Counted from the stretch's first letter, positions 9,088 through 18,928 are shown. The stretch: 64,000 nucleotides of DNA from Candidatus Krumholzibacteriota bacterium (GCA_016933255.1 JAFGBF010000030.1:3336-67335), one strand, 5' to 3'. The notes: generated by a model not told the origin, from the letters alone. Numbers and translations: made by a program.

Positions 9088-10497
9088 TTAATCCGATTCA
9101 AGATCAAAGCTCTTAAGCCGATACCTTAACTTATCCCTGTTCAGCTTTAGAAGGCGCGATGCCTTGCTTTGATTGTTACCTGCTTCCCTCATAGCTTTAT
9201 TTATCAGTTCTCTTTCCATATTCCTCATCAGATCCTCAAAAGGTATCCCATCTTCAGGATAGGGCCGCCCAAGAGCCATACCAATACCATCGGCGACAGG
9301 AAATTCTTTCTCGATGTCAGATTCCGAGATGATACTTTCGGGAAGATGTTCCTTCCTGAGAATAATATCATCTTCCAGCAAGACTATCCTCTCTATGGCG
9401 TTTTTCAGTTCCCTGATATTCCCGGGCCATTTGTACGACCTCAACAGCTCAAATGTCTCATCGTCAATATCCTGAAATTTCTTTTTGAACTGTTTGTTGT
9501 ATCTGTTTAGAAAATGTTTGACCAGCAGATAGATATCTTCTTTTCTTTCCCTTAATGCCGGAATATCTATCGGTATGACTTTAAGCCTGTAATAAAGGTC
9601 TTCCCGGAAGTTTCTCTTTTCAACTTCGGCGGCAAGATCTCTGTTCGTTGCCGAGATTATTCGCACGCTGACATTGATATCTTTTGTCCCGCCTACTCGA
9701 CGGAACGACATCTTCTCCAGGACCCTCAGCAGCTTCACCTGTATGGTCAGGTTCATCTCACCGATCTCGTCAAGAAAGAGGGTGCCTTTATTAGCCAATT
9801 CGAGAAGTCCCGTCTTCTGGACCTTGGCGTCGGTGAACGCTCCTTTTTCGTGTCCAAAGAGCTCGCTTTCAAGAAGTTCGTCAGGCAAAGATGCACAATT
9901 GATCTCGAGGAAAGGTTTATCATGCCGCGGACTGTTCTTGTGGATCATATTGGCAATGATCTCTTTGCCCGTACCGCTTTCCCCCTGAATCAATACGGTG
10001 GTGGTATCGCTTTTAGCGACTGCTTTGACTATCTCGTATATCTCTTTCATCCTCGGAGATTCACCGGGTACATACTGGTCGTCAAATTCGCTTTTAACCC
10101 TTCTTCTCAGTTGAAACAGTTCACGCGTGAGTTTCTGTGAATTCAGGCCTTTTTCGATAGTAAGAAGAAGTTGTTCAAGATTGACCGGTTTGCTTACAAA
10201 ATCAAAAGCCCCTTTTTTTATGGCAGTGACAGCAGTCTCGATGTCTCCGAAGGCGGTCAGCATAACCACGCAGATATCAGGCATTTCATCTTTTATCCTG
10301 CTCAATACTTCTATTCCGTTTATATCAGGGAGTTTCAGGTCAAGCAGGATGAGATCAGGCAGCTCTCTTCGCGATATTTCCAGCGCTTCGGCCCCGGTAG
10401 CCGCAGTAAGAGACTCGTACCCCTCGTCCTTGATAGTTTTCTCAAGGAACATCCGAATTGTATCTTCATCATCGACCAGAAGTACTACCGGTTTCAA
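9088..10497 (-). CDS. sigma54-dependent response regulator (NtrC family: REC-AAA+-HTH Fis)
   Basis: LLVDDE, DLKLPD, GESGTGKE, ELFGHEKGAFTDA, LFLDEIGE, WPGNIREL, C-terminal Fis HTH; TTG start 10497 after GGAGGAG. Confidence 0.95.
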   Translation of the reverse strand: MKPVVLLVDDEDTIRMFLEKTIKDEGYESLTAATGAEALEISRRELPDLILLDLKLPDINGIEVLSRIKDEMPDICVVMLTAFGDIETAVTAIKKGAFDFVSKPVNLEQLLLTIEKGLNSQKLTRELFQLRRRVKSEFDDQYVPGESPRMKEIYEIVKAVAKSDTTTVLIQGESGTGKEIIANMIHKNSPRHDKPFLEINCASLPDELLESELFGHEKGAFTDAKVQKTGLLELANKGTLFLDEIGEMNLTIQVKLLRVLEKMSFRRVGGTKDINVSVRIISATNRDLAAEVEKRNFREDLYYRLKVIPIDIPALRERKEDIYLLVKHFLNRYNKQFKKKFQDIDDETFELLRSYKWPGNIRELKNAIERIVLLEDDIILRKEHLPESIISESDIEKEFPVADGIGMALGRPYPEDGIPFEDLMRNMERELINKAMREAGNNQSKASRLLKLNRDKLRYRLKSFDLESD

Positions 10498-12553
10498 CTT
10501 TTTCTCCTCCCAAAGGCCGGGTAACTGGAAGATATACTTTGAAGGTCGTTCCCTCCCCCGGCTTCGATAAGACACTGATCCTGCCCTGATGGTGCTGGAT
10601 TATACTATGCGTGACAAACAACCCGAGTCCAGTGCCTGTCGCCTTTTTTGAAAAAAACGGTTCAAATATCTTGTTGATGTCTGTTTTCTCTATGCCCTGT
10701 CCATCATCTTCGATCTCCATACAGATCATCTCATTGATCTTTTCTTTCAGAACGTCGGGATCGCCCCCTTCGTAGAGACCGGCTCTGATAGTAATACTTC
10801 CTCCGTCAGAGACAGCCTCGACTGCGTTCTTTACAAGATTGATTATCACCTGGGTTATCTGATCCGCATCGACTTCGACATCTTCCGGATCCTCTTTAAT
10901 ATGAAGATTCAAGCTGATATTTCTCGCTTTGCTGTCCTCACGAAAACTCCTGCAGCTTCTCTCTATAAGATCCTTCAGTATGATTTTTTGATACAAAAGA
11001 TCCCTTGGTCTGGCTACCTTGAACAGATCGGTTATTATCCTGTTTAATCTTTCCACCTCTTTAAGGATGAACGATATATTCTCAGTCTGTTCCTCAGAGA
11101 GCCCTCCCTTTCTCTGGAGATACTGGATCCCAGTTCCTATCCCGGTAAGCGGGTTTCTGATCTCATGAGCAATAGCAAATGTGAATCTTCCGAGCAGAGC
11201 CAGTTTGTCCATTTGCCTGATAGCTTCCTCCATTCTTTTTACTTCACTAAGATCACTAAAAAGAATGATCGCTCCCTGTATCTCTCCATCATTACCATAC
11301 ATCCGTGAAATATTTATTCTGAGAGGGATATGCGTTCCATCGGATCTTTTCAAAAATGACTCGTAAAAACCGGTAGGACTTTTTTTGTCAAGAAGACCGA
11401 GTATTCCACCCCTTTTCTCATTTTCCGCTTCGCTGAGAAGAAGCGCGTCGATCGTCAGCTTTCGTATGGACTCCTCTTCATAACCGGACATCTCCAGAGC
11501 ACTTCGATTGGCAAGCGTGATATTTCCATCAGTATCCGTAACAAACAGGCCATGCTGCATCGATTCAAGTATCTTTTCTCTGAATATTTCTTCCTGTCGT
11601 AATTCCTGATACAACATCCAGTTCTCAATATTGGAAGCTACAAGCGAGCCTACCGTCTCGATTGTAACCTGGTCTATATTGGTCAAAGGAGTCCCCCTGA
11701 ACCCGTCAGTGACTATAATAGCCCCCATGATCGGGTTTTCAGCGCAGGCAAGACACTCGGCAGATCCCATATATCGTCTTTCTTTGATCTTGCCGGTATC
11801 ATCCGGGGCCTGATCATTGTGGCAACAGCCATCTTCAGTGCAGCAAGGACTGACTTCAGCCGTCATAACAAGCGGCATACATATAAAGGAGGTCATCGTA
11901 GTATCAGGAAAAAGCGTTTCGTGGCCGGATTCAAGCATTTTGTGCATCGAAGCATCCTTAATAAGCATCGATTTTTCTGATAACAGCGATGTCAGCAAGA
12001 CTCCATCTATATCATCCATTCCAAGGTTTACAACCCTTCTGAAGACTCTGCTGTCATTTTCGATACAGACTATCGCCTGAAAGCATTCTTTGTTTTTTCT
12101 AAGCAGAAGGAAAGCAGCTTCCCTGTATCCCACGCCATGGATGAGATAATCAAAAACAGAATCGATCAACTTGCTTTCATCAAGTGAACTGATAATGCTT
12201 CGGCCGATTTCTTTAAGACTTAATAGCTGAATATTCTTTTCGACCAGTTTAAAGAGGGATCTTTCGAGGTCTCTGAGAAGAGTCAGGACCAGTTTATAGA
12301 ATACATCTCCCTCGCCCTCACCCTCTTTGATCTTTTCTTCTATCATCAAACCTTCACTGCGCAGGTTACTCAGTTTTCGCTGAATCTCGTCTATTCTCTT
12401 GCGATGGATATTCCGCTCACGCAGCGCCATAGCAAGAGTTACCAGTATTCCGGCCGGAATGACGAACAGGAGATGAGTATGCGTCACGGCTGAAAGGACG
12501 ATCAGCACGCTATAGATAACTGCAAGCAATACAAGGCTTTGTGTCTTCAGCAT
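10469..12553 (-). CDS. Membrane sensor histidine kinase (2 TM, GAF with Cys-rich insert, PAS, HisKA, HATPase)
   Basis: AHEIRNPL H-box, INLVKNA, DDGQGI, FEPFFS, GTGLGL; PAS (VTDTDGNITLANRSA); likely start ATG 12553. Confidence 0.93.
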   Translation of the reverse strand: MLKTQSLVLLAVIYSVLIVLSAVTHTHLLFVIPAGILVTLAMALRERNIHRKRIDEIQRKLSNLRSEGLMIEEKIKEGEGEGDVFYKLVLTLLRDLERSLFKLVEKNIQLLSLKEIGRSIISSLDESKLIDSVFDYLIHGVGYREAAFLLLRKNKECFQAIVCIENDSRVFRRVVNLGMDDIDGVLLTSLLSEKSMLIKDASMHKMLESGHETLFPDTTMTSFICMPLVMTAEVSPCCTEDGCCHNDQAPDDTGKIKERRYMGSAECLACAENPIMGAIIVTDGFRGTPLTNIDQVTIETVGSLVASNIENWMLYQELRQEEIFREKILESMQHGLFVTDTDGNITLANRSALEMSGYEEESIRKLTIDALLLSEAENEKRGGILGLLDKKSPTGFYESFLKRSDGTHIPLRINISRMYGNDGEIQGAIILFSDLSEVKRMEEAIRQMDKLALLGRFTFAIAHEIRNPLTGIGTGIQYLQRKGGLSEEQTENISFILKEVERLNRIITDLFKVARPRDLLYQKIILKDLIERSCRSFREDSKARNISLNLHIKEDPEDVEVDADQITQVIINLVKNAVEAVSDGGSITIRAGLYEGGDPDVLKEKINEMICMEIEDDGQGIEKTDINKIFEPFFSKKATGTGLGLFVTHSIIQHHQGRISVLSKPGEGTTFKVYLPVTRPLGGEKVETGSTSGR

Positions 12554-12655
12554 AGAATCACCATTGCACCAGTGTAATGCTGAAACCCCCCCAAGGTCAA
12601 GCAATTCCATCTGTTTGGCTTAATTATAAATCGTGCTGAAGGGATCGGCTGCGGC

Positions 12656-13468
12656 CTAACAGGCACCTTTTCCGGTGACCACTACCATCACAGTCTTGAG
12701 AAGGATACGAAGTTCGTGAACCAGCGAAAACTGAGTAATATACTTCAAATCGTAGAAAAGCTTTCTCTTCATCATATCGAGGGTCTGCGTATATCCATCC
12801 TCTACCTGAGCAAGACCCGTAATCCCCGGCTTTACCATGTGACGAAGAGTGAATTCGGGAACTTCCTGCTTTATCCTGTTTATGAAGAACGATCTTTCCG
12901 GCCTGGGACCGATGACGCTCATTTCGCCCTTAATTACGTTAATAAACTGCGGGATTTCGTCAATACGCATCTTCCTCAGAAGCCTTCCCGCCCTTGTTAT
13001 CCTCGGATCATTGTTTCTCGCAAGTTCCGGTCCTGAGTTCTCGGCCTGAACGCACATCGTTCTAAGCTTATAGATGGAGAAAGGTCTTCCGGCATGTGTG
13101 TTTTTCCTTCTGTCACTGGCGGCTCTGCGCTCGACTTCCGCCCCGCTGTTATAGGAGCCTCTTCTGTCAGAGCGGCGCATATTGATGCCGATCCTTTCCT
13201 GTTTGTAAAAAACAGGTCCTCTCGATTCCAGTTTGATGATTAAAGCCGCCAGAATCAGAACAGGAGCAAGCAGCAGCATAGCAAGCAGGGAAAATACTAT
13301 ATCGAATATCCTCTTTACTTTTACGGAAACCCGGGATAATTCCTTTTCAGGATGGGTGACGATCTCGACAAGGTACGATATTTCGTCCCTCAAAGGATCG
13401 AGGCTCCCGATCCTCCCGGTATCCATCAAAGATGTCTTACTAACCGCGGCCCTGTTAAAAATTACCAA
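12656..13468 (-). CDS. Monotopic initiating phosphoglycosyltransferase (WcaJ/PglC-like sugar transferase)
   Basis: KRIFDI, GPVFYKQERIG, YKLRTM, DPRITRAG, RIDEIPQ, GPRPE, KPGITGLAQV; start moved to TTG 13468 because the ORF-track start overlaps a sigma54 promoter. Confidence 0.92.
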   Translation of the reverse strand: MVIFNRAAVSKTSLMDTGRIGSLDPLRDEISYLVEIVTHPEKELSRVSVKVKRIFDIVFSLLAMLLLAPVLILAALIIKLESRGPVFYKQERIGINMRRSDRRGSYNSGAEVERRAASDRRKNTHAGRPFSIYKLRTMCVQAENSGPELARNNDPRITRAGRLLRKMRIDEIPQFINVIKGEMSVIGPRPERSFFINRIKQEVPEFTLRHMVKPGITGLAQVEDGYTQTLDMMKRKLFYDLKYITQFSLVHELRILLKTVMVVVTGKGAC

Positions 13469-13535
13469 TGCTGATCTTCCTCTAGTAACCCAATACCTTT
13501 TGAACGTAAAGCTACCCGTATTGTGGGTGAAACAC

Positions 13536-13552
13536 CGCAAGTAGCATGCCAT
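13536..13552 (-). promoter_or_regulatory. sigma54 (-24/-12) promoter
   Basis: ATGGCATGCTACTTGCG = GG-N10-GC, matching TGGCAY...TTGC. Confidence 0.75.
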
Positions 13553-13690
13553 CTCTCCAGCTTAATGACCTGCAGACGACCTGCCGGGGCCTGACCTTCA
13601 TAACTCATTGTCAGAAAATAACAAACGGCTCGCATCATCGAGCCGCAAACGACAGTTGACCGTCCCCCCAGCTCTTGACACTGTTATTTT

Positions 13691-13756
13691 TGCGGATTTT
13701 TCCCCAAGAAATACCCAGTCATGGGTAATTTTACTTAATCGGGGTCATTTTGTCAA
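13691..13756. promoter_or_regulatory. Candidate enhancer (UAS) sites for a sigma54 activator
   Basis: Three related imperfect palindromes TGCGGATTTTTCCCCA, TGGGTAATTTTACTTA, GGGGTCATTTTGTCAA about 140-200 bp upstream of the sigma54 site; weak IHF-like site at 13601-13613 in between. Confidence 0.4.
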
Positions 13757-13825
13757 GCGGAATATATAGTTAGAAGTACCCATCATATAAAATGCGCGCG
13801 GTCCGGCTCCATCCTGAAGCCTGGC

Positions 13826-15370
13826 TCATTCAAGCGTCGTTTCTTCGTTGCTCCTTGAGTACAGGCCGCCTTTATCATAAACGAAGACCCGGTAGTAATA
13901 GGTATTTCCTGCAGTGTCGATTCCGGTATCATCATACCATCCGACACCCTGGACACCAAGCGTCGCTACAAGATATGAAGCATCCGTGACGCCTGGAGCT
14001 GTAGATCTGTATATCCTGTATTCAAGAAAATCCGTATTACGATTGGTACTCCAGGTAAGTGTCAGCCTGTCCTGACCGATTGCAGAAAGAGGATCAAGAG
14101 TAACTGATGCCGGATAATCATCCAGAGTCGACATCTTCAGTTCGTTACTTCCTGAGGTTTCCTCAAGATCGTTAACGACAAATATTCGATAGTAATATGA
14201 AGCACCTTCCGTCAGATCACCATCGGGATAACTGGTCTGTCCCCTGCTGTCAAGGCCGCGGATAAAGTACTCTGGCAGTTCCTCGACATAAGGTTCCGTA
14301 CTCCTGTAGATCCTGTACGCAAGAAAATTCGGCTCTGTCGATTCGACCCACTTAATGGTAATACTGCTTACAGTGGAATCGATCGGAGCAAGGAGAGCAA
14401 CAGCTTCAGGCGGATCGGTGAAAGAAAGAGTATGCGAGGCTTCAGTTATTACTGAACTATTTCCCGCCTTATCGACAAACCTGCCGGCTATTCCAAGATC
14501 TAATCCCCGGAAGTTGGAGGGAAATGTAAAGTCGGCTTCGTAAGAACCGTCAGCGGCAGCCATATCGCCGCCTCTTCCATCGTCGAGAAGCACTATAGCC
14601 TCGGAATATCCCTCAAGCTCGATCCAAGCCTCTCCATCCAACTCATTATCTTCAGTCAGGATTGAAAATTTGACAGTCGACCCAACGCCGTATCGTTCAA
14701 GATCAGGTTCTATTTCCACTGATGTAATCGCGGCATATGTGTCGAGTATTATCGACTTTGAGACTATCGGTGAATTTGTGCCGTTATCATTCTGGAATCT
14801 GGCATAGACCGTCTTTTCAGCATCTCCAGATTCGATCTCCCATCCGGATGTGCCTGCGAAGATCTCCCACTCGGCATCAGCAAGGTCAGGCTCATTGGAT
14901 ATTTTCATGAGAACGCAGGTCACAGGAGCAGTCAGTGAAAGGACGACATCTGTCGAATTAGTGTACTTCGCACCTCCATTTATCCTGATCGAATAAACAG
15001 ATGGAATTGCCTGGACTTCGCCGGTACGTTCACCTTCCAGTCCTTTTTCACTTACGGCAGATACCGTATAATAGTAATCCTGTCCGTTATTTACATCTTC
15101 ATCCAGGTATGAGGTCGCCGCAGTATTGACAAGAAACTTCATATCTCCCGCGACGCCTGTTTTCTTGTACAGATTATACGATGCAGCGCCAAGCACATTC
15201 ACCCAGGAAAGAGCAACCGCGCCGTCGCTTACATCAGCGCTTAAGCCTGCCGGTATTCCTATCTCCGTGTCAGTGGAATCAAGAGAGACCTCTTTCACAT
15301 CTTCGAAACAACCTGAGACAGAAATGAGTAAAATCAATATTATTACTAATGTATAATCGACACGCTTCAT
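13826..15370 (-). CDS. Lipoprotein with fibronectin type III repeats and a choice-of-anchor-X-like module
   Basis: Lipobox VSGC; repeated W...YRIYRST...YYYR(I/V)FV units; LLDDGRGGDMAAADGSY motif; start ATG 15370 after GGAGG. Confidence 0.8.
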   Translation of the reverse strand: MKRVDYTLVIILILLISVSGCFEDVKEVSLDSTDTEIGIPAGLSADVSDGAVALSWVNVLGAASYNLYKKTGVAGDMKFLVNTAATSYLDEDVNNGQDYYYTVSAVSEKGLEGERTGEVQAIPSVYSIRINGGAKYTNSTDVVLSLTAPVTCVLMKISNEPDLADAEWEIFAGTSGWEIESGDAEKTVYARFQNDNGTNSPIVSKSIILDTYAAITSVEIEPDLERYGVGSTVKFSILTEDNELDGEAWIELEGYSEAIVLLDDGRGGDMAAADGSYEADFTFPSNFRGLDLGIAGRFVDKAGNSSVITEASHTLSFTDPPEAVALLAPIDSTVSSITIKWVESTEPNFLAYRIYRSTEPYVEELPEYFIRGLDSRGQTSYPDGDLTEGASYYYRIFVVNDLEETSGSNELKMSTLDDYPASVTLDPLSAIGQDRLTLTWSTNRNTDFLEYRIYRSTAPGVTDASYLVATLGVQGVGWYDDTGIDTAGNTYYYRVFVYDKGGLYSRSNEETTLE

Positions 15371-15388
15371 CCGAGCTACCTCCATCTA

Positions 15389-16546
15389 TCAAAAACTTAA
15401 TACAAGCGCAGCTCCTGATGGTCCGAGTTCCAGACCAAGATCAGAAGAATTATCAATTTTGTCAGTTTCAAAGAATGTATCTATAAGATTCAAGCTCCAC
15501 AGACTGGCAAGCAGTATATAGGAAAAATCCCTGTCTTTCTTTGCGTCCTCGAGATCACTCCATGCTTCCTCGGCTTTGCCTCTGTAAAAAGATCTGTCTT
15601 CCGCAGTAACAGCTGAATTATATTCATCGACATACATATCGTAATACATGGCTTTTTCATCGAAGGCGTTCAACCGGTCAAGGGCAAAGAACCCGGCAGC
15701 AGCATTCAACCCTGCATACAGGAACCCTCTTGTTTTTTTACCCTGATAAAACTGCCCCCGGCCCGGACAAACCAGGGAGTGAAAAAACGCCTTTGCTTTG
15801 CCTGAAGAAGCTGCTTCGATCTCAAGAATGCTTCCTCCGGCCTCAGACCTGTAGCCGGGAGGCCTGTTGAAAAAGAGAGGATCAAGAAACTGGTACCCAT
15901 ACATCACGGCTGTAAGCAGAAGGATCCTTTTTCTGTGAGTGTTCTGAACGTTCAGTTCCAGCGCGGCGGTGTTAAGATCCTTGCCGAGAGTCAGCCGTTC
16001 TTCATAGGATAGAGATGACTCATACAAGTCTTTCAGAGAATCATAACTTTCGTAAAGATCGTCATATTCCTTGTTCTCCTTGAGAAAATATCCCAAAGAA
16101 AAAACTATGAGTGAAAAGTCCGTCCAGCCGGAGACCTTCCTTGACGTGGAGACAGCTCCCCATCCGGGAAGAACAGCGTTTTTCAGGATTGCACCGAGTC
16201 TTTCACCCTCGATCCTGGGATTGCCGCGATCATCAAGAAGTAAATATCCCTTTCTATTCTCCAGCCCCACCCCGTCTATCAAGATCCCCCACTTTTCACC
16301 CGGAGATATATCACAGATCGTCAGCGGAAGAACTCCGTTGATCGAAAATCCTTTCAGCAGCCTTAGATGGACATTCTCTTTCCTGCTCAAGAAATGGATG
16401 CACAGAGAATCAGCGTTCTGGGCCTGAACCCGTATTGGTGCAAAAATTACAGTCAAAAAAACTATGAAGATCAAAAGGCCGGAAGACTGCAGATGCTGTC
16501 TTGCCCGACATCCACCTCTTTTTGATACCTGAAACAGCGTAATCAC
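15389..16546 (-). CDS. Exported/membrane protein with two DUF5683-like repeats
   Basis: Signal-like N-terminus (VQA); duplicated units AVLPGWGAV...YQFLD and LVCPGRGQFY...LNLID; ends ...ALVLSF. Confidence 0.6.
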   Translation of the reverse strand: MITLFQVSKRGGCRARQHLQSSGLLIFIVFLTVIFAPIRVQAQNADSLCIHFLSRKENVHLRLLKGFSINGVLPLTICDISPGEKWGILIDGVGLENRKGYLLLDDRGNPRIEGERLGAILKNAVLPGWGAVSTSRKVSGWTDFSLIVFSLGYFLKENKEYDDLYESYDSLKDLYESSLSYEERLTLGKDLNTAALELNVQNTHRKRILLLTAVMYGYQFLDPLFFNRPPGYRSEAGGSILEIEAASSGKAKAFFHSLVCPGRGQFYQGKKTRGFLYAGLNAAAGFFALDRLNAFDEKAMYYDMYVDEYNSAVTAEDRSFYRGKAEEAWSDLEDAKKDRDFSYILLASLWSLNLIDTFFETDKIDNSSDLGLELGPSGAALVLSF

Positions 16547-17244
16547 TCTTCCTCACCTTCCGTGTACCCGTAATAACCGTAATCATAATAATACGGCAGG
16601 ACTTCAGAAGCGTTGTTGACGACTACACCAAGAAGGTTCGCGTTGGCATCGAGAAGAATATCCCTTGCTCTTATAGCCACATTCTTCGGTGTCATTCCCG
16701 CCAGCAGGACCATAATCACACCGTCGACGACGCTTGATATCAGCATAGGATCGCTGACCGGTATCACCGGCGCGCTGTCGACGATCACAAAGTCATAATA
16801 GAATTTCAGTTTCTCAAAGATGCCGGACATAATATCACCCTCAAAAAGATGAGCTGGAGAGTGAACCGCCCCACCTGCCGGGATCACCTTGAGATTTTTT
16901 ATTCCCGTATCTTTTACCGCATCGAGAGGATCGATCTCGCCATTAAGACATTCAAGCAGTCCCGGTTCCCTTGGAACATTAAAGATCTGATGAAGACGCG
17001 GCCTCCGCAGGTCGGCATCGACGATCAGGGATTTCTTGTTCCGGAACCTCCCGATGGTCAACGCGAGATGTGAGGCGACCGTACTTTTCCCTTCTCCCCT
17101 GTTCGCGCTGGTAACGAGATAAGCCCGTTTTTTGACATTACCGTTTATATGCTGAAGATTCGAATAGAGCCTTCTCATTTCCGTAGCGATAGGACTTTCC
17201 TGATCGAACACATCGAATATCGTATTTGATTCTTTTCCTTGCAA
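16543..17244 (-). CDS. CpsD/CapB-family BY tyrosine kinase (stand-alone Wzc kinase domain)
   Basis: Walker A GEGKST, IVDADLRRP, VIVDSAP, C-terminal Tyr cluster YYYDYGYYGY. Confidence 0.93.
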   Translation of the reverse strand: MQGKESNTIFDVFDQESPIATEMRRLYSNLQHINGNVKKRAYLVTSANRGEGKSTVASHLALTIGRFRNKKSLIVDADLRRPRLHQIFNVPREPGLLECLNGEIDPLDAVKDTGIKNLKVIPAGGAVHSPAHLFEGDIMSGIFEKLKFYYDFVIVDSAPVIPVSDPMLISSVVDGVIMVLLAGMTPKNVAIRARDILLDANANLLGVVVNNASEVLPYYYDYGYYGYTEGEEE

Positions 17245-17247
17245 AGT

Positions 17248-18915
17248 CTACCTTTCATCCCGGCCGACATTCAGTTCTACATCTATTTTATCGATGTTCA
17301 ACGCTTTCGCATACATAAATAACGCCCCGCCGACGAGAGACACAAAAATAAACAGGCTGATCGACCAGACTATGATCATTCTGCCTCTTCGTTTCTTTTC
17401 CCATGAAAATCTCGATATCGTTTTCGGGACAGTGCCAAGGACCGGGACCTTCAACACTTTCTGGACCTCATCGACAGACCTGAACGAGTCATCTATATAT
17501 TCCGTGACAAGGATAGCACCTATCCCGCAGACCCCTCCGAAGATCAGTGCCATAAGAATGATCTTCAACTTGTCCGGTTCTACGGGATAAAAAGGTTTTT
17601 CTGCCTTTTCAATGATACTGATGTTGTCACCGAGGTTTGTGCTCTGCACCGCTTCGGTAATCTGCGTGGATGTCTTCGATTCCAGAAAAGCCTGGTAAAC
17701 GGCCCGGTTAGTCTCGATCTCATTGTTAAGACGAACGACCTCCCTTTCAAGCTGAGGACGTCTGGTAAGGTTCTCTTTATGCCTCTCTATATAGCCCTGG
17801 AGCTTCCTGATCCGGGACTGGTAATGCTCAAGTATATACCTCTGATAAAAATATTCAGTAATAAACGGCCTGTATTCCGGCGCGAATCTGGCGTATTCAG
17901 CCTGTACCACTTCCTCGATTCGGAGTCTCAACTCAGACCATAACTCGTCTATGGCTTCTTCATAGCTTCCTGCATCTTCACTATCTCTTACGATCAGAAG
18001 AAACTGCTCGTCACTCTTGGCTGCGATCTGATTCTCTATGATCTTCAGAGTCTCATCCGACCCTAATTTACTCGTCGAGGGAATAAGTCCGAAAATATTA
18101 TTTAACCGGCTTCTTATCCTCTTCAGGGTAAGAGAACTTCTTTCCTCTTCAGAGACAAGAGTCTTTTCCCTCGCTTCGGCTGAATGCAGATTGGAGCCAT
18201 TGACAGGATTGGACTCGATATCAGTCGAAGCAAGTTCCTTTGCCACCTTTGCAAGTTCTTTTTCTGACGCCTCCATCTTTTCTTTATAAATGGCTATCTG
18301 TTCGTTACTGAAAGCTCCGGCCTGCCTTAATCCCTGCAGTCTCGATTCCTGCGCGATCTCGATATATTTCTCAGTGATCTTGTTGGCCAGGATATAGGCG
18401 CTATTCGGGTTCGTGTCGGTGACCCTTACCATATAGAAACCGGAAACAGCGCTCCGTACGGAGATCTTGTCCCTGAGTATGCCAAGCAACCGTCTCATTA
18501 CAAGTTCATCGACGGAATATTCAGAATCAGGTCCCATGGAACTCTCCACGGCCATCCGAATCGCGGGCGATCTCTCCAGCCCGAGGTCTCTTATTACCGC
18601 CTCGAGAAAACTGGAACCATGAAGCTGCGCCTCCATCACAGACCTGAACTGCATGTCCCGGGCCCTCCGGCCCTCTTCAAAGGTCTGAAGATACTGGCCC
18701 ATCGTCTGAGCCAGAACATTCCTCTGTTCGACCGACACGGTGGTATACGCTTCATACACCGGAGTCAGGTATCTGACTCCCGGGACTGATATTACCAGGG
18801 AAAGAATTACCGGAATCACAAGATAGAATTTTTTTCTCTGCAAGATCTTCAAGTAGACTGAAAAATCGACTTTGTGATCTTCCTCGGAAGGGACGAATTT
18901 TCTGACTTTTTCCAA
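17248..18915 (-). CDS. Polysaccharide co-polymerase / chain-length determinant (GumC/Wzc N-terminal part)
   Basis: LQRKKFYLVIP, PVYEAYT, long coiled coil, IIEKAEKPFYPVEP, EYIDDSFRSVDEV..LKVPVLGTVP; TTG start 18915. Confidence 0.88.
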   Translation of the reverse strand: MEKVRKFVPSEEDHKVDFSVYLKILQRKKFYLVIPVILSLVISVPGVRYLTPVYEAYTTVSVEQRNVLAQTMGQYLQTFEEGRRARDMQFRSVMEAQLHGSSFLEAVIRDLGLERSPAIRMAVESSMGPDSEYSVDELVMRRLLGILRDKISVRSAVSGFYMVRVTDTNPNSAYILANKITEKYIEIAQESRLQGLRQAGAFSNEQIAIYKEKMEASEKELAKVAKELASTDIESNPVNGSNLHSAEAREKTLVSEEERSSLTLKRIRSRLNNIFGLIPSTSKLGSDETLKIIENQIAAKSDEQFLLIVRDSEDAGSYEEAIDELWSELRLRIEEVVQAEYARFAPEYRPFITEYFYQRYILEHYQSRIRKLQGYIERHKENLTRRPQLEREVVRLNNEIETNRAVYQAFLESKTSTQITEAVQSTNLGDNISIIEKAEKPFYPVEPDKLKIILMALIFGGVCGIGAILVTEYIDDSFRSVDEVQKVLKVPVLGTVPKTISRFSWEKKRRGRMIIVWSISLFIFVSLVGGALFMYAKALNIDKIDVELNVGRDER

Positions 18916-18928
18916 CCCGGCTTCCTCC

